Source of the DNA: Pirellulales bacterium
GTDB taxonomy: Bacteria > Planctomycetota > Planctomycetia > Pirellulales > PALSA-1355
Direction of reading: 5' to 3'
Length of the DNA stretch: 64,000 bases
Assembly (NCBI GenBank): GCA_963733035.1
Contig: CAVTBU010000004.1
Location: 352,001 to 416,000 of the forward strand
Numbering within the stretch: the stretch's first letter is position 1; each line of letters starts with the position of its first letter. Shown here piece by piece: positions 51,151 through 62,436 of the stretch. The position numbers and the translations under genes are program-made. A model generated the notes under the pieces. That model was not told the origin of the DNA and did no database searches. It was given only the letters and a program-made list of their open reading frames with translations.

Positions 51151-54100
51151 ATGGCCGATCGCTACTCTCCGCATCAAACTCCGCTGGCCATTGTAGGCAT
51201 GGCTTGCCGCCTACCGGGCGCCGACAATCTCGATCAATATTGGCGGATGCTCGTCGAAGGGCGTCACGCCGTGGTGGAGTTGCCCCCCGATCGCCTTGAT
51301 CAGGACATGTACTTCGATCCTGAAGTCGGCGTTCGCGGCAAGACCTATTCGAAGCTCGGCGCGATCATCAACAGCCGTACGGTCGACTTCAACCGACTAC
51401 CAATCGACCCCAAGCTGGCCGCCAGCGTCGACATCGCCCACCTCCTGATGTGCGACGTCGCCGCTTCGGCCCTGCGACATGCCGGCATCGACCCGTTCAA
51501 CGTGCCGCTGCGCAACACGGGCGTCTACGTCGGCCACGCTCAGGGCAGCACACTCGCCGGCGATCAAACCTATTCGAGTTGCATGCAGGAAGCGGCCGAG
51601 TTCCTGCGCGAAACGCCCGCGTTCCGTCAGCTGCCCCCGGCCGAACAGGAAGCCCTGATTCGCGAACTCGTTGAGCGCGTTCGTGCATCACTACCACATC
51701 CCACGGTGGAAACACCGGACGTTTCGGCCAGCCTGGTAGCTGGCACGATCAACAAGGCCTTCGGCCTGAACGGTCCCTACGTGGCAATCAACTCGGCGTG
51801 TGCCTCGTCGCTACAGGCAATGCTGTTGGGCGCTGCGCGCTGCAACTCGGCCGAGTTGACATGGCAATCGTCGGCGGCGCATCGGACTGCAAGAGCGATT
51901 CGCTCGTGCTGTTTTCGAACGCTCGGGCCATGAGCGCCACCGGCACGCGTCCCTTCGACTCAGAGGCCGACGGCCTGATCTGCGGCGAAGGCTACGTGGC
52001 CGTGGTCATGAAAACGCTCAAGCGGGCGCTCGACGATGGCGACCGGATCTGGGCCGTCGTCCGCGGTTTGGGTGTCTCCTCGGACGGGAAAGGCAAAAGT
52101 CTTTGGGCCCCTCGCAAGGAAGGCCAGACCAAGGCCATGGAGCGGGCGTACCGTGAGGGACTCGACGTTGGCGATTTGGACTATATCGAAGCGCACGCCA
52201 CGGCGACCAAACTTGGCGATGCCACCGAACTGAACACACTGAAAGACATCCTGGGCAAACATTTTCCGCCGGGCAAAAAGATTCCGATCACCAGCGTCAA
52301 GGCAAACATCGGCCATACGCTAGAAACGGCCGGGATTGCCGGCGTGATCAAGGCCGTGCTCGCGATCAACAACGAGACCGTCGCGCCGGCCATCAACATC
52401 AACCAGCTCAATACCAACATCGACTGGGCCAACTCTCCGGTCTACGTGCCGACCACGGCCCAACCGTGGCCCAAACGGGCCGACGGCAAACCGCGCCGCG
52501 CCGGTTGCAATGCATTCGGCATTGGCGGCCTGAACATGCACGTCGTGGTCGAGGAATTCCTCGAATCCAGCCGCGCGCTGGCAGCCGCCGTGCCCGGGCC
52601 ACCCATGCAAAACCTGTCGGCCGACGAGCAGGCGATCGCCGTGATCGGCTTGGGTTGCGTGTTGCCGGGCGCCGAAAACCCCGCGGCATTTTGGAATCTG
52701 CTGGCCGCCGGAACCGACCCCAAGTCGCCCGTGCCGGCCGACCGCTGGCGCCCAGAGGTGGCGATGAAAGGCGCGCCGCACCCGACGCCCGAACCGAATT
52801 CGCTCGTGGGCGGCTTTATCTCGGGATTCGAGTACGACTGGAAGCGTCACAAGGTTCCGCCCAAGCAAGTGCAGCAGGCAGACCCGCTGCAGTTCATGCT
52901 GCTGGAAGCCACGGATCAGGCGATGCAGGACGCCGGCTACGACCAAAAGGCATTCAACCGCGAAAACGTTGGCGTGGTAGTGGGCACGGAATTCGGTGGC
53001 GACTTCTCGTTTCAATTGCAACTTGGGCTACGTCTGCCCGAACTCGAACGGCACATCGAAGCACTGCTCACCAAACGCGGCCTCCCCGTCGAAGACGCCA
53101 GGCAGGCCGGCAAGGACTACGCCACGGCGATGCTCAAGAAGTGGCCCGCACTCATTGACGAAACCGGAAGCTTCAGCACCAGCTCACTCGCCTCGCGGAT
53201 CGGCAAGACCTGGAACCTGATGGGCGGAGCCGCGGCAATCGACGCCGGACAGTCGTCCGGACTCGCCGCACTGTCGACGAGCGTCGACATGTTGCTGGCC
53301 GGCGATTGCGACCTGATGATTTGCGCCGCCGGACAGCGCCGCATGGGTTGGCCCATCTACGAGAGCCTGGCCCTGGGTGGCGATCTGGCACAAGGCCAAC
53401 CTCGATCACCGCTTGACGCCGATGCCCAGGGTTGCGTGCCGGGCGAAGGTGTCGTTGTCGTACTGCTCAAACGACTGGCCGATGCGAAGCGCGACGGCGA
53501 CCACGTCCATGCAATCTTGCGCGGGGTTGGCGGTGCCCACGATCACAATTCCTGGGGCAAGGCGCTGGAACTGGCCATGGAGCGATCGTTCGCTCCAAAT
53601 GCAAAATCGTCCGACGTGGCCGTGATGGAACTCGATGCTTTGGGAGACAAGGATGCGACGGCCGACGAAGTGCGCGCCGTGGCCACCGTCTACGGCAAGG
53701 ACGGCCGTCAGCAGCCGCTGATGCTCAGTTCGGCAATCGGCCAGCTGGGCAATACACAAGGCGCCGTATCGCTTGTGTCGCTATTAAAGGCCGTTCTGGA
53801 AGTCAGCCATGGCGAATTGCCCCCACCGGTTGGCATGCAATCGCCGGCGCCGTTCGTCAACCAGCACGGCAACATTGTTTCCGCGCCGACCGCCAAGACG
53901 GCAATCGACCTGACCACGGCCGATGGTCGTCGATTGGCCGCCGTCGGAACCTGCTCCCGAGGTTTGGCCTACCACGCAATCTTGGAGTATGGCAGTCGCG
54001 TCGAAGTGAAAGCTGGAACTCCAACTCCGCAAGCGGCCGCGGCACCGGCAACAGCGAAAGCCGTTTCGACGGTCGACCTGAGAGAGTTGGAAAAATTCCT

Positions 54101-57100
54101 CATCAACTTCGTCGTCGAACAAACGGGCTACCCGCCGGAAGTCGTTGAGCTCGATGCCGACCTCGAAGCCGACCTGGGGATCGACAGTATCAAGAAGGCG
54201 CAGATGTTCGGCGAGTTGCAAGAGTACTTCGACGTCACGCCAACCGACGACCTGACGCTCGATGATTTTCCCACGCTGCGGCACATCGTCGAATTCCTCG
54301 CCAAAGCTCCGACCAAGGAGGGCGCGCCCGTCGCCACGACGGCCGCGGCGTCTCAAATAGCACCGCCTCCGCAGCCCGCACCTGCGCCGATAGCGCAGCC
54401 AGGGGCTCCGGCGCCCGTTGCGCAGCCGGCGACCTCGGCAACGGCCAAAGATGCATCGGTGAACCTGGCCGAGCTCGAGCAGTTCCTGATCAACTTCGTC
54501 GTCGAACAAACGGGCTATCCGCCGGAAGTGGTCGAACTCGACGCCGACCTGGAAGCCGATCTGGGCATCGACAGTATCAAGAAGGCCCAAATGTTCGGCG
54601 AGCTGCAAGAATACTTCGATGTTACGCCGACCGACGACCTGACGCTGGATGATTTCCCAACGCTCCGGCACATCGTCGAATTCCTCGCCAAAGCGCCCAC
54701 CAAGGAAGGCGCGCCGGTGACGACTGCGGCGTCGGCTACGCCACCTGCCGTGGAACCGGCCCGACCACGGCCTGCGGCGATGCAAGCTCCCGCCCCCAGC
54801 GTGGCGGCAACGGCTGTCGCACCCTCCCCTGCAACGACGGCCCCCGCAGCGCAACCTGCGCCCAGCGCTGCCGCCCCAACTGCCGGCTGGCAAATTTGTC
54901 GCTTCGGCGCGGCCGACCCAGCGACGTTGCGTGCCTTGCTCACGGCGGCTCAGCAGGACGCCTCCGCCTTCCAGGCCTCTTCGCGGCGGAAATTCCTCGC
55001 ACCAGACACGTTCCGCCTGGCCGTCGTTGCCGACAGTGCCGCCACACTCAACACTCGGTTGGCCACGGCCGTCAAACAGATGGACAATCCGGCCGCTCAA
55101 ACCGTCCTCGAACAACAAGGCGTGTTCTATCGACAGGCCAATCCCGACACACGAATTGCCTTCCTGTTCCCTGGCCAGGGGTCTCAGTATACAGGCATGC
55201 TGCGGCAACTCGTTGCCGACGTGCCGGCAGTCGCCAGGCAGCAGGCCGAAATCGACGCCACGATGACCCGGCTCGGATTTCCAACCTGGGCTCAGCTCGC
55301 CTGGGATGAGGCGTCGCCACTGGGCAAGGATGTCTGGACAACGCAAATTTCGATGTTGTTGGGCGATGTGCTCGTGCTTGCGGCACTTCGCGACCGTGGC
55401 ATTCAGCCCGACCTCGTCGCTGGGCATAGCTACGGTGAGTACCCGGCGCTGTTGGCCGCTGGTGCCTGGAATCTCGAACAAGCGATTCGGGTGACGCGAC
55501 GCCGCTGCGAGTCGATCGACGCCCAGCCGGGCGGTCAAACCGGAATGTTGGCCACCACGGCGACGCCAGAGATCGTCGAAAGTCTGACACCGCGCCTGAA
55601 CGGCCCGGCCTACGTCGCCAATCACAATGCCCCCGATCAAACGGTGGTCGGGGGAACGCTCGCCGCATTGGCCGAGCTCGAGCCAATGCTGCAAGCCGGG
55701 TTGTTCGAAACCCGCAAACTCGCAGTTCCCAGCGCATTCCACACACCCCTGATGCGCGAGGCCGCCGACCTGTTTGCCCGGCACATTGCCGCTGAGAAGT
55801 ACGCGATGCCGCGAGTGGCCACGTACAGTGTGGCAAACAACGAAGCGGTGACGGATCCAGTACAGATCGGCAAGAACCTGGTTGCCCATTTGACGACGCC
55901 GGTTCGCTATGCCGATCTAATTCGCAAGTTGGCGAGCCAGGCACCCACGGTGTTCGTCGAAGTGGGTCCGCAGCAAGCGCTGAGCCGTTTGAACCGGCGC
56001 ATTCTGCCCGCGCACGAACTGACCGGCATCGCGGCCGACAATCCGTCGCGCCCCGGCATCGAGCAATTGGTGCGCGTGCAGGCGCTTTTGGAATGCTGCG
56101 GCGCATTGGATCGACCGCGAGCAGAAAACACTCCGACAGCGGCACCACCCGCCTCGTTAGCCAAGGGTCAGATTTGGCACTTTGACGCCACGTCCCGGCG
56201 CCGCGATAAGATGCGAGCTTCGGCCAACAAAGGTGCCAAACCCGCCGCTAGCCGCGCTGCCCCGCCGGCGGCACCGCCGAATCCGGCTCCGTCTCCAGCA
56301 CCGGCGCCGGTGGCTCAAACTCCGGCCCCGATCCCCGCTCCGGCGCCAGCGCCGGCACCTGTCGTGCAGGCCCAGCCGCAAGCGGCACCATCGCCCCCGT
56401 CGCCACCACCAGCGGCACAGCAGACGACGGCGGTCGACACGTTGGAATTGGAGAAGTTCCTGGTTAACTTCGTCGTCGATCAGACCGGTTATCCACCGGA
56501 GGTCGTCGAACTCGACGCCGACCTGGAAGCCGACTTGGGCATCGACAGCATCAAGAAGGCCCAGATGTTTGGTGAGTTGCAGGAGTACTTCGACGTCACG
56601 CCGACCGACGATCTGACGCTCGATGATTTCCCCACGCTACGCCACATCGTGGAATTTCTGGCCAAGGCGCCCACCAAGGAAGGCGCGCCGGTTTCGACCG
56701 CAGCCACCCCTTCTCTGACCGCGCAAGCGCCGCCCGCTCCGCAACACGCTGCCGCGCCGGCAGCCGTGCAGCCCCACCCGACAGCCGCGGCGACCAGCGT
56801 GCCCGCCACCGGCTCCGCACCGTCCGTCGATACCTCGGAACTCGAAAAGTTCCTCGTCAACTTCGTCGTCGAGCAAACCGGCTATCCGCCGGAGGTCGTG
56901 GAACTCGACGCCGACCTGGAAGCCGACTTGGGCATCGACAGCATCAAGAAGGCCCAGATGTTCGGCGAACTACAGGAGTACTTCGACGTCACGCCGACCG
57001 ACGATCTGACGCTCGACGATTTTCCCACGCTGCGGCACATCGTGGAGTTTCTGGCCAAGGCGCCCACCAAGGAAGGCGCGCCGGTTTCAACGGCGGCAAG

Positions 57101-60100
57101 TGCTCCCGCGCCAGCTCCCGCTGTAACAGAGTCGAACGGCGCGGCCGGCGTTTCAGCTTCCGCCTCGGCGCAGATCGACGTACTGCACGTTAGCGGAACG
57201 CCGTATGAGCTCGGCTACCAGCAGGGCGCGGAAAAAAAAACGGAAATTCGAGCCCTCCTGAAGCGCGTCGCTGATCTCACCGACGGCGATTGGAGTGAAT
57301 TGCCGATTCCGGCCGAGGCGCGCAAAAATCCCGAGCGGTTCTTTAGCCCCAACCAATGGGAAGAACTGCGGGGGATGGCCGACGCCGTGGAAGTGCCGCT
57401 GGGCAACCTGGCGGCGCTGAATCTGGCCGTGCTCCCCGACTTCGCCGCCAGCGCCGCGCAGGTGGCGCTGGTCACCCACGTTGGCACGCAAATCCAGGTG
57501 CTGCATGGGCTGGCGGGTGAACTTTCGCTGCCGCCGGCCCTCACGGAAATGCTGACACCCCTGGTGCTCGTTCGCGAGCCGTCGCAGGGGTGGGCCTGTG
57601 CCACGGTCAGCTTCGCCGGCGTAATTGGCAGCCTGGTCGGACTGAACGGAAACGGCCTGGCCGCATCGACAGGCACGCTGATCGACACCGTAGCCACCCA
57701 GAACGGCAGCGCAGCCAGTTCGACCGTGAGGGTCGACGGACTGCTGCAGCGCAACGATACGTTGGAACATGCGGCCGAGGGTTTGCGGCATACGCATGCG
57801 ACCCGTGGCTGGACGGCCTGCCTCAGTCATCAGGGACAAAACCGAGTGGCGGCCGCCGAACACAACGGCTCGTCCTTCACCCAACAGTTTGCCGAGCAGG
57901 CCGTGTTCGCCGCGAACCATAGCGTGCTGCATTCGTCCGGCACGGCTGCTCCGGCCGCGTCGGTCGAACGTTTCAACTGGCTCAAGGCTCAATTGTCTTC
58001 CGCCCAACAGCCGCGCGATGCCGGAGAACTGTTGACCATGCTCGGGCGGATGCCGTCGCGGGGGTCGCTCCGCTTGTTGGCCGTGGTCGATGCGTCGCGC
58101 GGCGACCTGCTTGTTGAATGCGGCTCGGTTCGCGAACGCGTGCACATTGGAGCGTTGCTGCCGACAGCGCCCGCCGGCGATCCCGCGACGTTTCGCTCCA
58201 ACGGAACCGCACCGGCTCCCATAGCCAAACAAGCCCCGGCAGCGCCAGCACCTGCGCCGACCTCGTCAGATCTGAAGCAGCCGGCGGAAGTCGATCCGGA
58301 AAGCATGCGGTTCGTACTTCGCACAGTGCCGAGCCCGTGGCCGCAACAGCCCGCTGACTTCCCCATTTGGAAAGGCGCCGTGGCGATCCAGGGAGAAAAC
58401 CCGCTGGCCGACGCGCTGTGCGAACGAATCACCGCCACCGGAGCGACCGTGGTGCGTCTCAGGGAAACTGGTTCGACCGAGGCCGCCGTGGCAGAACTCG
58501 AGCGGCATTGGCAGCAGCAACCCATCACGCATCTCTTTCTGACCACGCTCCGCGATGAGCAGACACCCGACCGCACAAATGCCGAGGGCTTTGTGCAGGT
58601 CTGCAACCGCCAGGTGATGCTTCCCTACTTTCTCTGCCAGCGGCAAATGCAACTCGCCGGCGATGCCAAACGGCTGAGCGATTGCACCGTCGTGGCGGCA
58701 ATTGATCTGGCGGGCGACCTCGGTTTTTCGGGCAACGTCGCTTCGCCCGAGTCGGGCTTCGTCACGGGGCTGATGAAGTCCCTGTTGCTCGAATACCAAA
58801 TCATGCGCGAGCAGAAGGGCTTTCTGGCCAAAGCCATCGACGCCCCAGGCAGCGAACCCGTCGCGGACCTGGCCGCCAACATTTGTCGCGAACTGGCCCA
58901 TGGCACGAACGACTATGAGGTCGCATTTGTCGGTGGAAATCGGTATCTGCAAGTTGGACTGCCCGTCGCGGCCGAGATGCAATCGACCAGCGACGTCCGG
59001 CCCGGCGGCACGTGGGTACTCACCGGGGGCGCCCGCGGCATCACGGCCGATTGCGGCCTGGAATTGGCAAAACGCTTCGGCCTGAAGCTTCATCTGCTTG
59101 GCACGACTCCGCCGCCGACGCTCGACCCGGCGTGGCGCAATCTCGACGAGCAACAAACCGCCGCCCTGCGCGGCAAGGTGATCATCGAGGCACGCCAGAA
59201 CGGACAGAAGCCCAACGAAGCCTGGGCTCGAGTGGAAAAGGCGATCGAGATCGACCGAAACCTGCGGGCATTCGCCGATGCCGGCATCGACGCGACGTAT
59301 CACGTGTGCGACGTGACGGATCGCGCCGCGCTGGCCCGCGTGCTCGATGACGTCCGCCGCAAGGACGGTCCAATCGAAGGTATCCTGCACGGCGCCGGAA
59401 TCGAGCAATCTTGCCGCTTCGAAAAGAAGACGCCGCAAGCCGTGCAAGCGACGGTTGGAGCCAAGGTGGTTGGCGCCTACTACCTGATGGAGCTCACCCG
59501 CGTAGATCCGGTGAAACATTTCATCGGCTTCGGTTCGATCAGCGGGCGGCTCGGCAGCAACGGCCAGACCGACTATGCGGCCGCCAGCGACATGCTTTGC
59601 AAGTTGATCGGTTGGTACCACACGCAGCGACCCGAATGTCACGCCATCGCCTTCCATTTCCATCCGTGGGATGGCGTGGGCATGGCCGCCAGGCCCGACA
59701 CGGTAGCCATGCTCAAGGCGAGCAACCTGCGACTCATGCCCAAGCGCACCGGGCTGGCCCATCTGCTCCGCGAATTGTATGCCAGGCCAGCGGATACCGA
59801 GCTGATGATCACCGACTGGGAGTATCACCAGCGCTATTACGGCACGACCTTCACCGAGACCGCAAAACGCACCGACCTGCTTGGCGCACCCGGCCAAGCC
59901 GTGCCAACGTTCGGAGCGCCGCGGCAGGATGGCAGCCAACAGCCTGCCACGCCACATATTGCCGACCGCGTGGTGCTCCGCATGGCCGACGCACCTCTGC
60001 CTGGCGCTGGTAGCCAGCCGCTGCCAGCCTCGGCATTTTTGCTCGGACAGAATTCCGATGCCGACGCATTGGCCCAAGCGCTTACGGCTCGCGGTGTGAG

Positions 60101-62432
60101 CGTCGTGCGGCTTCCGGCCGAAGGAGATGCCAACGCGGTATGTGCGGCTCTGGAAAAATCGTATGAGCAGAGTCCAGCCCGCTGTCTTTTCCTTTGCACG
60201 GCCCGCGACGCGGAAGCCGCGAACCTGAACGACCGAGCAAGTATCAGCCAACGGGTTCAACGCGGCGTCTACCTGCCCTATTGGGTCACGCGGCGTTGGT
60301 TCCAACTGGTCAGCAAGAACCCCGAGCCCGCAACCGTCGTCGCGGTCACGTCACTTGGCGGCGACTTTGGTTTTGGTAATCCCGTGCCAAGCCCCGAAGG
60401 AGGCTCGTTCACCGGCCTGCTCAAGTCGATCTTCGTTGAAGACGCCCGCTACGACCACGCCCGCTTCAAAGTAAAAGTGATCGATGCTCCCGCCAATGAG
60501 CCGCCAGCCCAGCTTGCGGACGCCGTTTGCCAGGAGCTTGGCGGCAGTGGACCGGAAGTGGAGGTCGCCTGGTCTGGCGGTAAACGTCAGGTGGTGGCCG
60601 TCTCGCGCGAGCCGGTGGAGAATCTACCGCTAGGCGATCTACCGCGCGGCGGCGTATGGGTGATCACCGGCGGCGCCCGGGGCATCACGGCTGCAACGGC
60701 GCTCGAACTGGGCCGCCGGTATGGCCTGAAATTGCATTTGCTCGGCAAAAGCCCAGCGCCCGAGGCGAACCCGCCGTGGCGAAACTGCACCGACGAGGAG
60801 CTCAAGAAGATCAAGGCCGAAATCGTTCGCAAGGCCACGCTCGAAGGGCGTTCGCCCACGGACGATTGGGACCGCGTTCGCAAGGATCGGGAGATTCAAG
60901 AGTCGCTCGACAAATTTGCAGCGGCCGGCGTCGCGGCGACCTACCACTCGTGCGACGTTGCCGACTGGGACGATATCGACCGCGTGCTCAAGAACATCCG
61001 CGCGGCCGATGGTCCCATCTCCGGAATTGTGCACGGTGCGGGCTACGCCAAGAGTTTTCGGTTCGGCACCGGCGTGGGTAATAAACTCGAGGCGACGATT
61101 GCGCCCAAAATCGACGGCACGCTGGCGCTGATGCACCTGACCGCGGGCGACCCGCTCAAGTATTTCGTCGGCTTTGGTTCACTCAGCGGCCGTTTCGGCG
61201 GCAACGGGCTCAGCGACTACGCGGCCGCCAACGACGCTCTTGCGAAGATCTGCGGCTGGTTTCGGCAGCGACGGCCTGAGTGCCACACGGTTTGCTTCCA
61301 CTGGCAAACCTGGGACGCCGTCGGTATGGCGCTGCTGGCAGACGGTGTCGGGATCACCAAGAATGCGTTCAAGATGGACTTCATTCCGCCGGAAGAAGGC
61401 GTTAACCACCTGATCGACGAACTTCGCGCCGGTGCGCCAGAGAGCGAAGTGCTGATCACCGACGGTTTTTTTCAACGACAGTTTTATCCTTACGATTTCG
61501 AGCGGCCGCTGCCCGGTTCGAGCGGCGCCTCGGCGGCGGCACCGCTTCGAGCACCCGCGGAAAAACCATCCTCGCTCGGTCCGCTACTTTCGGCCTGGCA
61601 GCCAGGCTCCGTCGCGGCGGGCACCGCGCGGATTGACTTCGATCCCGAGTCCGATCCTTTTCTGAAGGAACATCGGCTGAAGCAAAAGCCTTTCCTGCCG
61701 GGAGTGGTCGGCGTTGAAGCCCTCTGTGAAGCGGCGCGTTGTGCGCTGGGTCGCGATGAAATCCGCGAGATTCGCAACGTCCGGATTGTTAATGGCATGT
61801 CGTTTCCGACCGGACCACTGACGGCGCGCGTCGAAGTAACGCCGACAGAAAGCGGGCTCGGCTGCCGGTTGCTCACCGAGCAGCGCGACCGGCAAGGCCG
61901 CTTGATCGATGCCAACCGTCTGCACGTCGAAGGTGTGGTACCCACGGTAAGTAGCGGCCACCCAATCGCAGCCGACCCGCCCGGGCGACCGCCGCTGGGC
62001 TGGTTCCCGCATGCCTATCCGGATGACGGACTGTTGTATCACGGGAATGGGCTCCGCTGCCTGAAAGCCTGCGCCTATCAATACGACGGTGGCTGGGGAC
62101 AAATACTTGCTCCGCCGCTCGCCGAATTGGCCGGACCGCGAGGCGGCGAGGGCTGGATCACGCCGATCGCCGTCATGGACGCCTGCGTGGTGGCCTGCGG
62201 CAGCTTCCTGTTCCTGCAGTTTGGCGGCGTCGTCGAAGTGCCTTACGAGTTCGAACACATGCAGATCGCCAGGCATCCCCGGTCCGGCGAGGAATGCATG
62301 GTCCGACTCTATTTCCGCGAGCGAGACGAACGACACAGCCGCTTCGATTTTACCCTCTTCGGTGACAGCGACGAACCACTAGTGAAAGTCGTTGGCTATC
62401 GCACGATTCGAGTCGGCGCGGGAGGCCGATAA
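51151..62432 (+). CDS. PUFA-synthase-like iterative type I PKS (~3760 aa): KS-KS(C>Q)-ACP-ACP-AT-ACP-ACP-C45-like-KR-KR-DH; frameshift at ~51835
   Basis: KS1 has [27 protein letters not shown] and KANIGH. KS2 has [12 protein letters not shown] and DAGQSSGL. There are four LGIDSI ACPs and an AT with FPGQGSQ, GHSYG and SAFH. Two KRs carry TGGARGIT and DYAAA, and the DH has [11 protein letters not shown]. One missing base restores LLGARALQLG. Confidence 0.92.
54087..54332 (+). repeat. ACP repeat 1 (246 bp)
   Basis: Encodes [16 protein letters not shown]...LGIDSIKK...[10 protein letters not shown]. Confidence 0.95.
54474..54719 (+). repeat. ACP repeat 2 (246 bp)
   Basis: Same 82 aa as repeat 1 except K3Q. 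Confidence 0.95.
56448..56693 (+). repeat. ACP repeat 3 (246 bp)
   Basis: Same 82 aa as repeat 1 except I6V and E11D. Confidence 0.95.
56841..57086 (+). repeat. ACP repeat 4 (246 bp)
   Basis: Same 82 aa as repeat 1 except I6V. Confidence 0.95.
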
Positions 62433-62436
62433 CGCA

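Noticed and set aside
51820..51845. Programmed ribosomal frameshifting in the PKS, treS or reductase
   Set aside because: There is no slippery heptamer or stimulatory structure, and unrelated genes show the same defect.
53784..55889. 701-aa antisense ORF (likewise 58266..60305, 57153..58232, 55072..56148) inside the PKS
   Set aside because: These are shadow ORFs expected from GC-rich codon bias. They carry no motifs and lie fully opposite a well-supported gene.
54087..57086. Repeats considered as a CRISPR array or DGR template/variable repeats
   Set aside because: They are 246-bp in-frame ACP domains with mostly synonymous, not adenine-specific, differences. No cas or reverse transcriptase gene is present.
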